Shown here: in pieces, positions 9,827 to 19,006 of the stretch | How the letters are laid out: the number at the start of each line of letters is the position of its first letter | Numbering within the stretch: position 1 is the first letter of the stretch | Notes under the pieces: generated by a model | Told to the model about the DNA's origin: nothing | The model's input: the letters and a program-made list of their open reading frames with translations, nothing else | Databases searched by the model: none | Position numbers and translations under genes: made by a program | NCBI GenBank assembly: GCA_045597865.1 | Contig: JAZLKX010000025.1 | Location: 32,001-96,000 of the forward strand | Direction of reading: 5' to 3' | Source: Bacilli bacterium | GTDB lineage: Bacteria; Bacillota_I; Bacilli_A; RFN20; CAG-826 | Length of the DNA: 64,000 nt

Positions 9827-11551
9827 TTAGTCTTCGTATTTTGGGAGTGCTCTTGAAGCAATTTCTGCTTTTACCATATCAAGGAATTCTTGAAGTGGAA
9901 CTGTGTGTTGAGCCTTACAACCAAAGTGACGATAGGTGACTGTTCCTTCATCTTTTTCATGATCACCAATAACAATGGTGTAAGGAACTTTCTTAACTTG
10001 AGCATTTCTCATACGATAGCCAAGTTTATCTTCACCTGCATCTAATGATGCACGAAGTCCAGCTTTCTTCATAATATCAACAACTTCTTTAGCTTTTTCT
10101 AAATGGAATTCATTGTTAACTGGAAGAACTCTGATGTGCTCTGGAGACATCCAAAGTGGGAATGCTCCGCCAAAGTTTTCAATAATAATACCAATGAATC
10201 TTTCGATAGAACCAAAGCATGCACGGTGAATCATAACTGGACGAACTTTTTCACCTTTTTCATCGATGTAAGAAACATCAAATCTTTCTGGTAAGTTCAT
10301 ATCAAGTTGGATTGTTCCACATTGCCAGACACGGTTCATGCAGTCTCTAACTTTGAAGTCAAGTTTTGGACCATAGAATGCTCCATCACCTGGATTAATC
10401 TTGAATTCTTTTCCGCTTGCTTCGCAAACTTCTTGAAGAATTCTTTCTGATTCGTTCCAAATATCAATGGAACCAATGTATCCTTCTTCTGGACGTGTTG
10501 ATAATTCAATCTTGTATTCAAGACCAAATAATGAATAGATTTCATCATAGAGTTTTAAGATTGATCTAATTTCAGATTCAATTTGATCTGGACGGACAAA
10601 GGTGTGAGCATCATCTTGTGTGAATGAACGGACACGGAATAAACCATTAAGTGCGCCAGAAGCTTCAAATCTATGGACGTGACCTAACTCAGCATAGCGG
10701 AGCGGAAGTTCACGGTAAGAATGTAAATCATTCTTGTAGCAGAGAATTGAACCTGGGCAGTTCATTGGTTTAATTGCAAATTCTTTTTCTTCGACTTCTG
10801 TTGTAAACATGTTGTCTTTGTAGTGATCCCAGTGACCAGAAGTAATCCAAAGCTCTTTAGAAAGCATGATTGGTGTATCGACTAACATGTAATCATATTT
10901 TCTGTGAACTTCTTTCCACATGTTTTCAAGTTCAGTACGTAAAATCATTCCATTTGGAAGCCAGAATGGGAATCCTGGGCCAAATTCAGAAAGCATAAAT
11001 AGTCCTAATTCTTTTCCGAGTTTGCGGTGGTCTCTTTGCTTTCTATCTTCAAGCATCTTTAGATAATTATCTAATGCTTGTCTTGAAGGCCAAGAAGTTC
11101 CGTAAATTCTAACGAGTTGTTTATTCTTAGAATCGCCTCTCCAATAAGCACCAGCAATATTTAAAAGTTTGAAGTTTTGGATCTTGCCTGTGGATTCAAC
11201 GTGATCACCTTTACAAAGGTCGAACCAATCACCTTGACGGTAGATTGAGATTTCTCCTTCGAATCCATCAATAAGTTCAAGTTTGTATGGATTGTCTTTG
11301 AAAAGTTCTTTAGCTTTTTCTTTAGAAATTACTTCTTTTACAAACTTTTCATTCTTTGCAGCAATCTTGTGCATTTCTTTTTCGATTGCTGGTAAATCCT
11401 CTTCAGTAATTGGAGTTGGGAAATCAACATCGTAGTAGAATCCTTCTTCAATTGCTGGACCAAATCCAAACTTTGCACCTGGGTAAAGATGTGAAATTGC
11501 TTCAGCCATTAAGTGTGAAGTGGAGTGGTTTAATTTTTCAAAGTCGGTCAT
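9827..11551 (-). CDS. thrS: Threonine--tRNA ligase (short form lacking the N-terminal TGS domain)
   Basis: HSTSHLMA, DLCKGDH, GAYWRGD, RDHRKLG, KPMNCP, QDDAH, QCGTIQLD. Confidence 0.98.
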   Translation of the reverse strand: MTDFEKLNHSTSHLMAEAISHLYPGAKFGFGPAIEEGFYYDVDFPTPITEEDLPAIEKEMHKIAAKNEKFVKEVISKEKAKELFKDNPYKLELIDGFEGEISIYRQGDWFDLCKGDHVESTGKIQNFKLLNIAGAYWRGDSKNKQLVRIYGTSWPSRQALDNYLKMLEDRKQRDHRKLGKELGLFMLSEFGPGFPFWLPNGMILRTELENMWKEVHRKYDYMLVDTPIMLSKELWITSGHWDHYKDNMFTTEVEEKEFAIKPMNCPGSILCYKNDLHSYRELPLRYAELGHVHRFEASGALNGLFRVRSFTQDDAHTFVRPDQIESEIRSILKLYDEIYSLFGLEYKIELSTRPEEGYIGSIDIWNESERILQEVCEASGKEFKINPGDGAFYGPKLDFKVRDCMNRVWQCGTIQLDMNLPERFDVSYIDEKGEKVRPVMIHRACFGSIERFIGIIIENFGGAFPLWMSPEHIRVLPVNNEFHLEKAKEVVDIMKKAGLRASLDAGEDKLGYRMRNAQVKKVPYTIVIGDHEKDEGTVTYRHFGCKAQHTVPLQEFLDMVKAEIASRALPKYED

Positions 11552-11571
11552 ATTTATTACCTCCTAAAGTA

Positions 11572-11785
11572 AATAAAAAGCGTCCCTATTTAAGGACGCT
11601 ATTAACGCGGTACCACCTTAATTTATAACCTAAAGGTTATACTCTCAAGTACTCGTAACGTGAGCATTCGTCTACATTGGTTTGTAGAAGCTCGGAAGTG
11701 GTATTAGCGAATTTCTCATAGGAACCTTTCACCTTACGTTCCCTCTCTAAATGAGAAGTTTTCGTTAACGTGTCTTCGTCAACGC
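11572..11785 (-). ncRNA. T-box riboswitch (Thr)
   Basis: T-box AAGGUGGUACCGCG (11606-11619), ACC specifier at 11700-11702, AG and GGUGAA elements, terminator AGCGUCCU...GGGACGCUUUUU. Confidence 0.92.
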
Positions 11786-11817
11786 CAACAATAATATATT
11801 CCTATTTAGAATATAAA

Positions 11818-12657
11818 TCAAATAATTTTCGCACATTGTAGTGCGTAGACGCCTGCACCCATAAGTCCAGCGCCCTCAGAAAAGTAACATTCTTTAATCA
11901 AAACATTTGGATTATCTGAGCGAATTCTATGGAAGAACATATCTTTTGCTTTCATAAGTCCACCAGTGAAAACCATAATGTCCGGTTGATAAGAATCTGC
12001 CATAAGTTTGATGTATTGATCTAAAACTTTTACCCATTCATTTAAAAGTTCAACACCATCTCTTTCTTCATATCTAGCGGATTGGAACATTTCACGTGCA
12101 TTGGCAATCTTTTTACCATTCATTTTTGCAAATTTTTCGATGTTGCAACCACCGATAGTTTCAAACTCAATCATTTGGCCTTTCCAATTGAATAAAGTAT
12201 GGCCAACTTCAGTGACATAATCTTGGATTTTTTTGTCCACGCAAAGAGCGCCTCCAAGACCAGTAGAAATGGTTACGAAAAAGACTCTATCATATTTCTT
12301 TCCAGCACCTAAATAGGCTTCGCCTAAACAAGCAACTTGTGCGTCGTTTCTGAGGTAGACTGGAAGGTTAAATTCTTTGGTTAAAATTTCACCAAAATCA
12401 ATGTCTCCAATATGAACGTTTGGAAGGACAATAATTTTGCCTGTTTCTGGGTTAACAACACCTGGAACTCCAGCGCCAATTGCAACGACATCTTCAAGTG
12501 GAAATTGCTTGATCATTTCGATACAGTTTTCCATGAATTTTTCTTTGCTTCCAGCTGGGGTTGGAGTAATTAAATCTTTCTCGACTTCAAAGCGAGAATT
12601 GATAAGAGCTAATCTGGTGTTTGTACCACCAATATCAAATGCGAGTACTTTTTTCAT
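11818..12657 (-). CDS. ROK family sugar kinase (glucokinase-like)
   Basis: FDIGGT, GVPG, NDAQ, STGLGG, EVGH; ATG at 12657 preferred over TTG at 12663. Confidence 0.88.
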   Translation of the reverse strand: MKKVLAFDIGGTNTRLALINSRFEVEKDLITPTPAGSKEKFMENCIEMIKQFPLEDVVAIGAGVPGVVNPETGKIIVLPNVHIGDIDFGEILTKEFNLPVYLRNDAQVACLGEAYLGAGKKYDRVFFVTISTGLGGALCVDKKIQDYVTEVGHTLFNWKGQMIEFETIGGCNIEKFAKMNGKKIANAREMFQSARYEERDGVELLNEWVKVLDQYIKLMADSYQPDIMVFTGGLMKAKDMFFHRIRSDNPNVLIKECYFSEGAGLMGAGVYALQCAKII

Positions 12658-12694
12658 ACGCAACTATTATAGTAAATATAAAATATTTTTCAAT

Positions 12695-12788
12695 TGTGGG
12701 AAACTCGGTGGATAACTTAGTTATATATTTAAAAAGTTTCGATAAAATGTGAAGAAAGTAAATTTTTGATGTAGATAAGTTATCCACA
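12695..12788. promoter_or_regulatory. Cluster of DnaA boxes upstream of dnaB
   Basis: Perfect TTATCCACA at 12780-12788; one-mismatch boxes (vs TTWTNCACA) on the opposite strand at 12695-12703, 12707-12715, 12748-12756 and 12770-12778. Confidence 0.75.
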
Positions 12789-12864
12789 TTTCCTAAAAAG
12801 TTAAGAATTCATCGAAACTTTTGTTTGATTTTAAGTATTCTTTTTGATAGATTATTAACCACTT

Positions 12865-14118
12865 ATGGATTACATATCAAAGAACGACTATTATGAAATA
12901 AGATTCGCATCAATGATTACAAATGTTGATAAAGATACGCTTCTCGAGCTTTATCAACCTCTTATTGGTGCAGCAGCATGTGCTCTTTACTTAACTATGT
13001 TAAAACAAAAGAGAAATGCTGATGGTGGAACTATTTTCAAAATGGAACAACTTCTTAAGACAATGCAGCTTAGTTCTGATTCTTTATTAAGCGCACGTCA
13101 TTATCTTGAAGCAGTTGGTTTAATTCGTACTTTTGAGTCTAAATCCGAAGATGTACGTTGTTACATTTATCAAGTCTTTTCGCCAAAATCACCAAAAGCC
13201 TTCTTTGAAGACGTCTTATTTAGTGGTCTTCTCATTCAAGCTGTTGGGGATAAGGAAGCAAAAAGACTTGCAAACAAATACAAAGTAAATCTTTCAATTC
13301 CTGAAGAATATAAAGAAGTTTCAGCATCTTTCGTTGATGTTTATAAACCAAACTATGATGATCCTGCATTCTTCAAAACATTTGGTCATCAAATCATTGG
13401 TAGAGACCACGGAAGAGCACAACTAACATTCAATCATGACCTTTTCTTTAAATATATAGTAGAAAACTCAGAACTTGATGCTTCTCAATTTAAGAAAAAA
13501 GATATGAAGGAAATTGAAAGACTTGCAACATTGTTTGGATTAAATGAAAAACAAATGGCCAACATTGTTGTAAAAGAATATTGGGTCAATGGTTCCTTAC
13601 ATCTTGAATTTGATAAAATCAAAAATAGAGCAGAAGAAGAAATTAAAGTAAATGTAACTCCAGTAAATGAAAAATCAAATGTATCTGGAGAAAGTGAACT
13701 CGCTAGTAAAATCCAAATGATGGATGAAGTCGCACCAGCAAAGTTCCTTCAATACTTACAAAACGGAACAAAACCAGCAAGAAGTGATATTAATATCATT
13801 AATTCACTTTCTAAAGATTATGGCTTCGGAAATGGTATAATAAACGTAATTGTAGATTACGTCTTAAATAAAAACAGCAATGTTCTCTCTAAGAACTATT
13901 GCGAAAAGATTGCGTCCTCTCTCGCTAGAGAAGGTTGCAAATCAACCGTAGATGCAATGAATTATTTAAATAAGATAAGCGTCAAGGTTACTAAAAAGGT
14001 TTCACCAAAGAAACCTGTCGCAGTTAATATTGAAGAAGAGGAAACGGATGAAGATGTTTCCCTCGATGAAATTAACGCATTAATTGGAGAAGTGGAGGTA
14101 AAGAAGAATGTCAGATGA
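12865..14118 (+). CDS. dnaB: Replication initiation and membrane attachment protein DnaB (Firmicutes type)
   Basis: LYQPLIG, LEAVGLI, C-terminal DnaD/DnaB-like domain (IINVIVDYVL); directly upstream of dnaI. Confidence 0.9.
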   Translation: MDYISKNDYYEIRFASMITNVDKDTLLELYQPLIGAAACALYLTMLKQKRNADGGTIFKMEQLLKTMQLSSDSLLSARHYLEAVGLIRTFESKSEDVRCYIYQVFSPKSPKAFFEDVLFSGLLIQAVGDKEAKRLANKYKVNLSIPEEYKEVSASFVDVYKPNYDDPAFFKTFGHQIIGRDHGRAQLTFNHDLFFKYIVENSELDASQFKKKDMKEIERLATLFGLNEKQMANIVVKEYWVNGSLHLEFDKIKNRAEEEIKVNVTPVNEKSNVSGESELASKIQMMDEVAPAKFLQYLQNGTKPARSDINIINSLSKDYGFGNGIINVIVDYVLNKNSNVLSKNYCEKIASSLAREGCKSTVDAMNYLNKISVKVTKKVSPKKPVAVNIEEEETDEDVSLDEINALIGEVEVKKNVR

Positions 14119-15028
14119 ATTAAAAACATTTAATCCAAAAGATATCATTCAAGATAAGATTGATATGAAATCTTATGCTGAAAAGCTTTTAGATGCTCTT
14201 CGCGCCGACACTGAAGTTTATGAATTAATTAAACCTTTAGGTTTAACTAATAGAGAAGTTCGCGAAAATATTGGAAGACTTAATGATTTCAGAGAGGATT
14301 ACAATATTTGTAAGAACTGTCCAGGATATGATAAATGTCCAAAGGCTGAAAAACATATTTCAACTTATGTTTGTAAAGATGGAAATTATCTCACAACAAG
14401 ATGTGAGCCATGTAAGAAAGCAATTGAAAAAGCTAAGATTGATGCTAAATATTTATTTAACGATTTCCCAGCAGAATGGAAAAAATCAACTCTTAAAAAA
14501 TTAGATCTTAGTGAAAACAGAAGACCACTTATTAAAGAATTTGTTAATATTGCTAAAGGCAAATCAAATCGTTGGTTATTTGTAACCGGAAATCATAAAG
14601 TTGGAAAATCATATGTTTTAGTTACATTTGCAAATGAGTTTATTGCAATGGGACTTGGCCAAGTTGGTGTTATTAATGCTGTTACCAAGTTCAAAGAACT
14701 TGCAGATATCTCATTTAAACAAAAAGAATATTTTAATGAACAAGTTAATGCATTATGCACACTTCCATTACTTATCATTGATGACTTTGGTGAAGAATAC
14801 AAAAACGAATTCATTCGTGACTCAATTGTCATCCCAATCTTAAGTGAAAGAAATCACAATAACTTACCAACATTCTTCTCTTCAGATTTCACAATTAAAG
14901 AAATTGAAAGACTTTATTCGGTTGGTAAAAATGGTGGCGAAATCCGCGGAAAACAATTAGGAAAAATTATTCTCGAAATGGCCGAGAAAGAATTTGATTT
15001 AACAGGTGCATCTATTTACAAAAAATAG
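14108..15028 (+). CDS. dnaI: Primosomal helicase loader DnaI
   Basis: N-terminal Cys cluster; Walker A GNHKVGKS, Walker B LLIIDDFG, PTFFSS. Confidence 0.9.
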   Translation: MSDELKTFNPKDIIQDKIDMKSYAEKLLDALRADTEVYELIKPLGLTNREVRENIGRLNDFREDYNICKNCPGYDKCPKAEKHISTYVCKDGNYLTTRCEPCKKAIEKAKIDAKYLFNDFPAEWKKSTLKKLDLSENRRPLIKEFVNIAKGKSNRWLFVTGNHKVGKSYVLVTFANEFIAMGLGQVGVINAVTKFKELADISFKQKEYFNEQVNALCTLPLLIIDDFGEEYKNEFIRDSIVIPILSERNHNNLPTFFSSDFTIKEIERLYSVGKNGGEIRGKQLGKIILEMAEKEFDLTGASIYKK

Positions 15029-16397
15029 AATCAAGTTGTTTATATAAATTAGCGACGTCTTTATCATTAATGATAACGTATGTCGCTTTTTTCTTATTTT
15101 CAGTGTGATAATTTCTATTTAAAGTTAAAGAAGAATCGACTTTAGAACCTCTAGCTTTTAAGTGTTCGATTTGTGATTGTTTACTTGCGTCAACATAGAT
15201 GATTTTATCGCAAAGTAAATCAAGTCCAGATTCAAAAAGTAGTGGAGCTTCTACAACGATTGGTTTCATAGAATTTTTAATTTCTTTTTCAACAATGTCA
15301 GCAACTTTTGCATGAACGAATTTTTCCAATCTCGTCTTCTTGTTTGGATTGGCAATTAAGAAGTTTCTGAGCCAATCACGATCAATATCACCTTTAGAAA
15401 TTTTTAAGTCTGGAATGAACTTTTTAATCTCTTTTTGGATTGATGGTTGTTTGTACAAAATATGCACGATTTCGTCGGTATTTTGCACAAAATACCCGTG
15501 TTTTCCCAAGTATTTTGATACAGTTGATTTTCCGGTTCCGATAGGTCCGGTAACACCAATAATCTCTTTTATTACAGGGTTCTTTTGGCAATGTGGACAG
15601 TATGTCGTGCCACGTCCGTTAACGAAAATTTTTCTTAATTTGCAACCGCAGTTTGGACAAGTTCCATCTTTCTTTCCATAGACTTTGAGGTTAACTTGGA
15701 AGTTACCAGAAATACCTTCTTTTGGATGATAAGATTTGATTGTGGAGCCACCTGCTTTGATTGCTCCATTTAAAACATCTATTGAAGCTTTCCAGATTTC
15801 ATTAAGTTGCTTTTTAGAAACCAGTTTTGCTGGAGTTTCAGGATGAACCTTGGTTGCGAATAAAACTTCATCAACATAAATGTTTCCTAAACCAGACATG
15901 ATGCTTTGATCTAAGAGTGCAGTTTTGATTGCAATTGATTTGTTTTTAAACGCTTTCTCAAGAAGTTTAGAATCTTTCATCATAAAAGGATCTGGGCCAA
16001 CCTTTGATAGTGGTTCTTCCTTCATATAATCTTCTAATGAAGATAATTTGATTCTTCCAAATCTTCTTGTGTCATTATAGATAAGTTTTGTTCCATCGTT
16101 AAAATGGAAAACAACTAAATCGTGTTTTGTGTTTTTTTCTTTCTCGTCTTTAAGGAAATATTTTCCTTCCATTCTAAGGTGAGAAATCATAACTTTGTTA
16201 TTAGTTAAATAAAAGATAATGAATTTACCAACTCTACCAAAGTCAGTAATAGTTTCATTGGCTAATGATTTTGCAAACTCTCTTGAATCACCATCAATTG
16301 TTTGCTGCCTTAAAACATCAACACTTTGAATAGTTTTTCCAAGTGTCATTTCTTTTAGAATGTTCTTAACGGTTTCAACTTCTGGTAATTCTGGCAT
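15012..16397 (-). CDS. mutM: Fused formamidopyrimidine-DNA glycosylase (MutM/Fpg) and dephospho-CoA kinase (CoaE)
   Basis: MPELPEVET, HLRMEG, GLGNIY and zinc finger CPNC..CPHCQ run in frame into IGVTGPIGTGKS, EAPLLFE. Confidence 0.92.
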   Translation of the reverse strand: MPELPEVETVKNILKEMTLGKTIQSVDVLRQQTIDGDSREFAKSLANETITDFGRVGKFIIFYLTNNKVMISHLRMEGKYFLKDEKEKNTKHDLVVFHFNDGTKLIYNDTRRFGRIKLSSLEDYMKEEPLSKVGPDPFMMKDSKLLEKAFKNKSIAIKTALLDQSIMSGLGNIYVDEVLFATKVHPETPAKLVSKKQLNEIWKASIDVLNGAIKAGGSTIKSYHPKEGISGNFQVNLKVYGKKDGTCPNCGCKLRKIFVNGRGTTYCPHCQKNPVIKEIIGVTGPIGTGKSTVSKYLGKHGYFVQNTDEIVHILYKQPSIQKEIKKFIPDLKISKGDIDRDWLRNFLIANPNKKTRLEKFVHAKVADIVEKEIKNSMKPIVVEAPLLFESGLDLLCDKIIYVDASKQSQIEHLKARGSKVDSSLTLNRNYHTENKKKATYVIINDKDVANLYKQLDSIFCK

Positions 16398-16399
16398 TG

Positions 16400-19006
16400 T
16401 TATTTAGCATCGTACCAAGTGCGACCATAACCTCCATCAACTTCGAGTTTAACATCTAATTTCATGGCGTTTTCCATAATATTTTTCACTAAATCATAGA
16501 CTTTTTCTTTTTCATTATTTGGAACCTTGATTAAAAGTTCGTCGTGGATTTGACAAATAATTTTTGATTCAAGATTGTTTTCTTTGAGTGCTTTATTTAC
16601 CTTGATCATAGCAATCTTGATTAAGTCAGCAGCAGTGCCTTGAATTGGAGCATTCATTGCTGCACGTCTAGCGAATTCACGTACTTGATAATTTGTATCG
16701 TGAATTTCACGTAAATATCTTCTTCTACCTAATAAGGTAGAGACATATGTTTTTTCATTAACTTCGTCTGATACTTTTTTAAAGTATTCGCTGATTTCTG
16801 GATAGGCATCATAGAAACTTGAAATGATTTCCTTCGCCTCTTTTCTAGAGCAATCAATTTGCTCTGCTAAACCGAAATCAGAGATTCCATAGATAATTCC
16901 GAAGTTAACAGCTTTTGCTCTTCTTCTTTCAAGTGGAGTTGGGTTTTCAGTTTTGAAAACTCTTCTTGCAGTTGCTGAGTGAATGTCTTCTCCTGATTCG
17001 AAAACATTTTGAAGTGCCTTACATCCAGAAAGTGATGCGAGGATTCTTAATTCGATTTGAGAATAGTCGAGTGAAAGAATTGAGTAATTTTCATCATCGT
17101 AATAGAAAGCTTTTCTAATAAGTTTTCCTTCTTCATCACGAACAGAAATATTTTGTAAATTTGGTTCGCTTGAAGAAAGTCTTCCTGTTTGAGTTAAAGC
17201 CTGGTTAAAGATGGCGTGGAGTTTTCCATCACCATGAATGTGTGCAATCAAACCATCAACATAAGTTGAAAGTAATTTTGCATATTTTCTATATAATAGA
17301 ATTTCGCTTACAATCGGATGTTTATCAAGTAAATTTTTAAGTGCATCAACTGAAGTTGACATCTTCTTATCTTGTGAAGGAAGTTGTAACTTATTGTATA
17401 GAATTTCGCCGACTTGTTTTGGAGAATCAATATTAAATTCTTCTCCAGCCATTTCATAAATTCTTGCAGCAATATTTTTGAGATTAACTTTAAAGTTTTC
17501 TCCCATCTTTTCTAAAACATCAGCGTGGATTGGGAAACCTTCAATTTCCATTTCTGCTAAAACTGATGCAAGAGGAATATCAACTTCTTCATAAAGTTTT
17601 CTACATTGTAATTGTTCAAGTTCAGAGAAAATCTTATTTGCAAATTTCTTTGAATAGAAAGCAAGTTTTGCAGTTCTTTCTGGATTTGAATTATCGAATA
17701 GTGAAAGTGCATCTTCTTTAGTTGAAGAAATGTCTGCACCAAAGTAATGCATGATCGATTCAGCATTATTATTTAAGGTTGAATCGAGCAAGTAACCAGC
17801 AAGAAGAATATCAAAATATAAACCTTCAATTTGGATACCTTCATGAGCTAATGCGGCTTTGATTGCCTTGTAATCATAACAGTATTTTTTGATGTCTGGA
17901 TTTTTTAAAATATCCAGGAATTCAGAGGAATTTTTGAAATTTTCCTCTTTAATGTAAACAATTTTTGATGGAGTAGCGATGGCCATTCCATAGATAACTG
18001 CCTCGTGATAGTTGCCTGGTTCGATGTCTAAAGCGATGGCAATTTCATCACCAACATTGATGTCTTTGAGTGAGTCAACTTCTTCGTATTTGATATCATC
18101 ATCTTCTTCATAACTCATACGTTTTAAGTTTTGAGGAAGTCTATTAAGAAGTTGCTTCATATCAAGGTGTGAACAGAAAGAATTAATCTTTGAGAATTCA
18201 TAACCTTGATAGACTATGTCATCAAGTCCAAATGGAAGCTCAACGTTTGTTTGAATTTGAGCCATTTCATAGCAGTGTCTTCCAAGATCTTGGTTTGCAA
18301 CAATTGATTCACCGACTTTAGATTTCATTGTCTTAGCAGCTTCAACAATTGCTTCAAATGAACCATAATCTTGAATTAACTTAACAGCTGTTTTATCACC
18401 AACTCCTGGTATACCAGGAAGGTTATCAGATGAGTCACCACGAAGACCTTTGTAGTCAATAATTTGAAGCGGTGAGAAACCATATTTTGCAGGCATTGTT
18501 TCGGTATTCATAATATCGATGTTTGACATGCCAGTTTTAATAATGTGAATTGAGACGTGCTCGTCAATTAATTGGAGGAAGTCTCTATCAGAGGTGTAGA
18601 CAATAACTTCTTTGCCAGCAGCACCTGCCATTTTTGCAACAGTACCGCAAATATCATCAGCTTCAAAGCCTTCTTTTTCGAACCAGAAAATGTTTAAACA
18701 TTTTAAGAATTCTCTTGCAAGTGGCATTTGAATCTTAAGTTCTTCTGGACAAGGTTTTCTATTTGCTTTGTAGTTTTCATCTTCTTTGTGTCTAAATGTT
18801 TGATGTCCTGTATCAAAACCAACAAATAAAGAATCGCCTTCTTTCAATCCTTTTAGGATTGTATTAATCATATTGGAAAAAGCAAAAACGCCATTGGTAG
18901 GAGTTCCATCATGAGATCTCATAAGTTCTCCACCAGACATTGCTGCAGTGGCGTAGTAAGCTCTAAAAAGAAGTGAGTTACCATCAACAATATAAACTTT
19001 ATTCAT
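16400..19006 (-). CDS. polA: DNA polymerase I
   Basis: VDGNSLLFRAYYA 5'-3' exonuclease domain; TGRLSSSEPNLQNI, DYSQIELR, AKAVNFGIIYG, QIHDEL. Confidence 0.98.
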   Translation of the reverse strand: MNKVYIVDGNSLLFRAYYATAAMSGGELMRSHDGTPTNGVFAFSNMINTILKGLKEGDSLFVGFDTGHQTFRHKEDENYKANRKPCPEELKIQMPLAREFLKCLNIFWFEKEGFEADDICGTVAKMAGAAGKEVIVYTSDRDFLQLIDEHVSIHIIKTGMSNIDIMNTETMPAKYGFSPLQIIDYKGLRGDSSDNLPGIPGVGDKTAVKLIQDYGSFEAIVEAAKTMKSKVGESIVANQDLGRHCYEMAQIQTNVELPFGLDDIVYQGYEFSKINSFCSHLDMKQLLNRLPQNLKRMSYEEDDDIKYEEVDSLKDINVGDEIAIALDIEPGNYHEAVIYGMAIATPSKIVYIKEENFKNSSEFLDILKNPDIKKYCYDYKAIKAALAHEGIQIEGLYFDILLAGYLLDSTLNNNAESIMHYFGADISSTKEDALSLFDNSNPERTAKLAFYSKKFANKIFSELEQLQCRKLYEEVDIPLASVLAEMEIEGFPIHADVLEKMGENFKVNLKNIAARIYEMAGEEFNIDSPKQVGEILYNKLQLPSQDKKMSTSVDALKNLLDKHPIVSEILLYRKYAKLLSTYVDGLIAHIHGDGKLHAIFNQALTQTGRLSSSEPNLQNISVRDEEGKLIRKAFYYDDENYSILSLDYSQIELRILASLSGCKALQNVFESGEDIHSATARRVFKTENPTPLERRRAKAVNFGIIYGISDFGLAEQIDCSRKEAKEIISSFYDAYPEISEYFKKVSDEVNEKTYVSTLLGRRRYLREIHDTNYQVREFARRAAMNAPIQGTAADLIKIAMIKVNKALKENNLESKIICQIHDELLIKVPNNEKEKVYDLVKNIMENAMKLDVKLEVDGGYGRTWYDAK

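Noticed and set aside
12695-12864. oriC
   Set aside because: No dnaA, dnaN, rpmH or gidA context and no clear unwinding element; a regulatory DnaA-box cluster is more parsimonious
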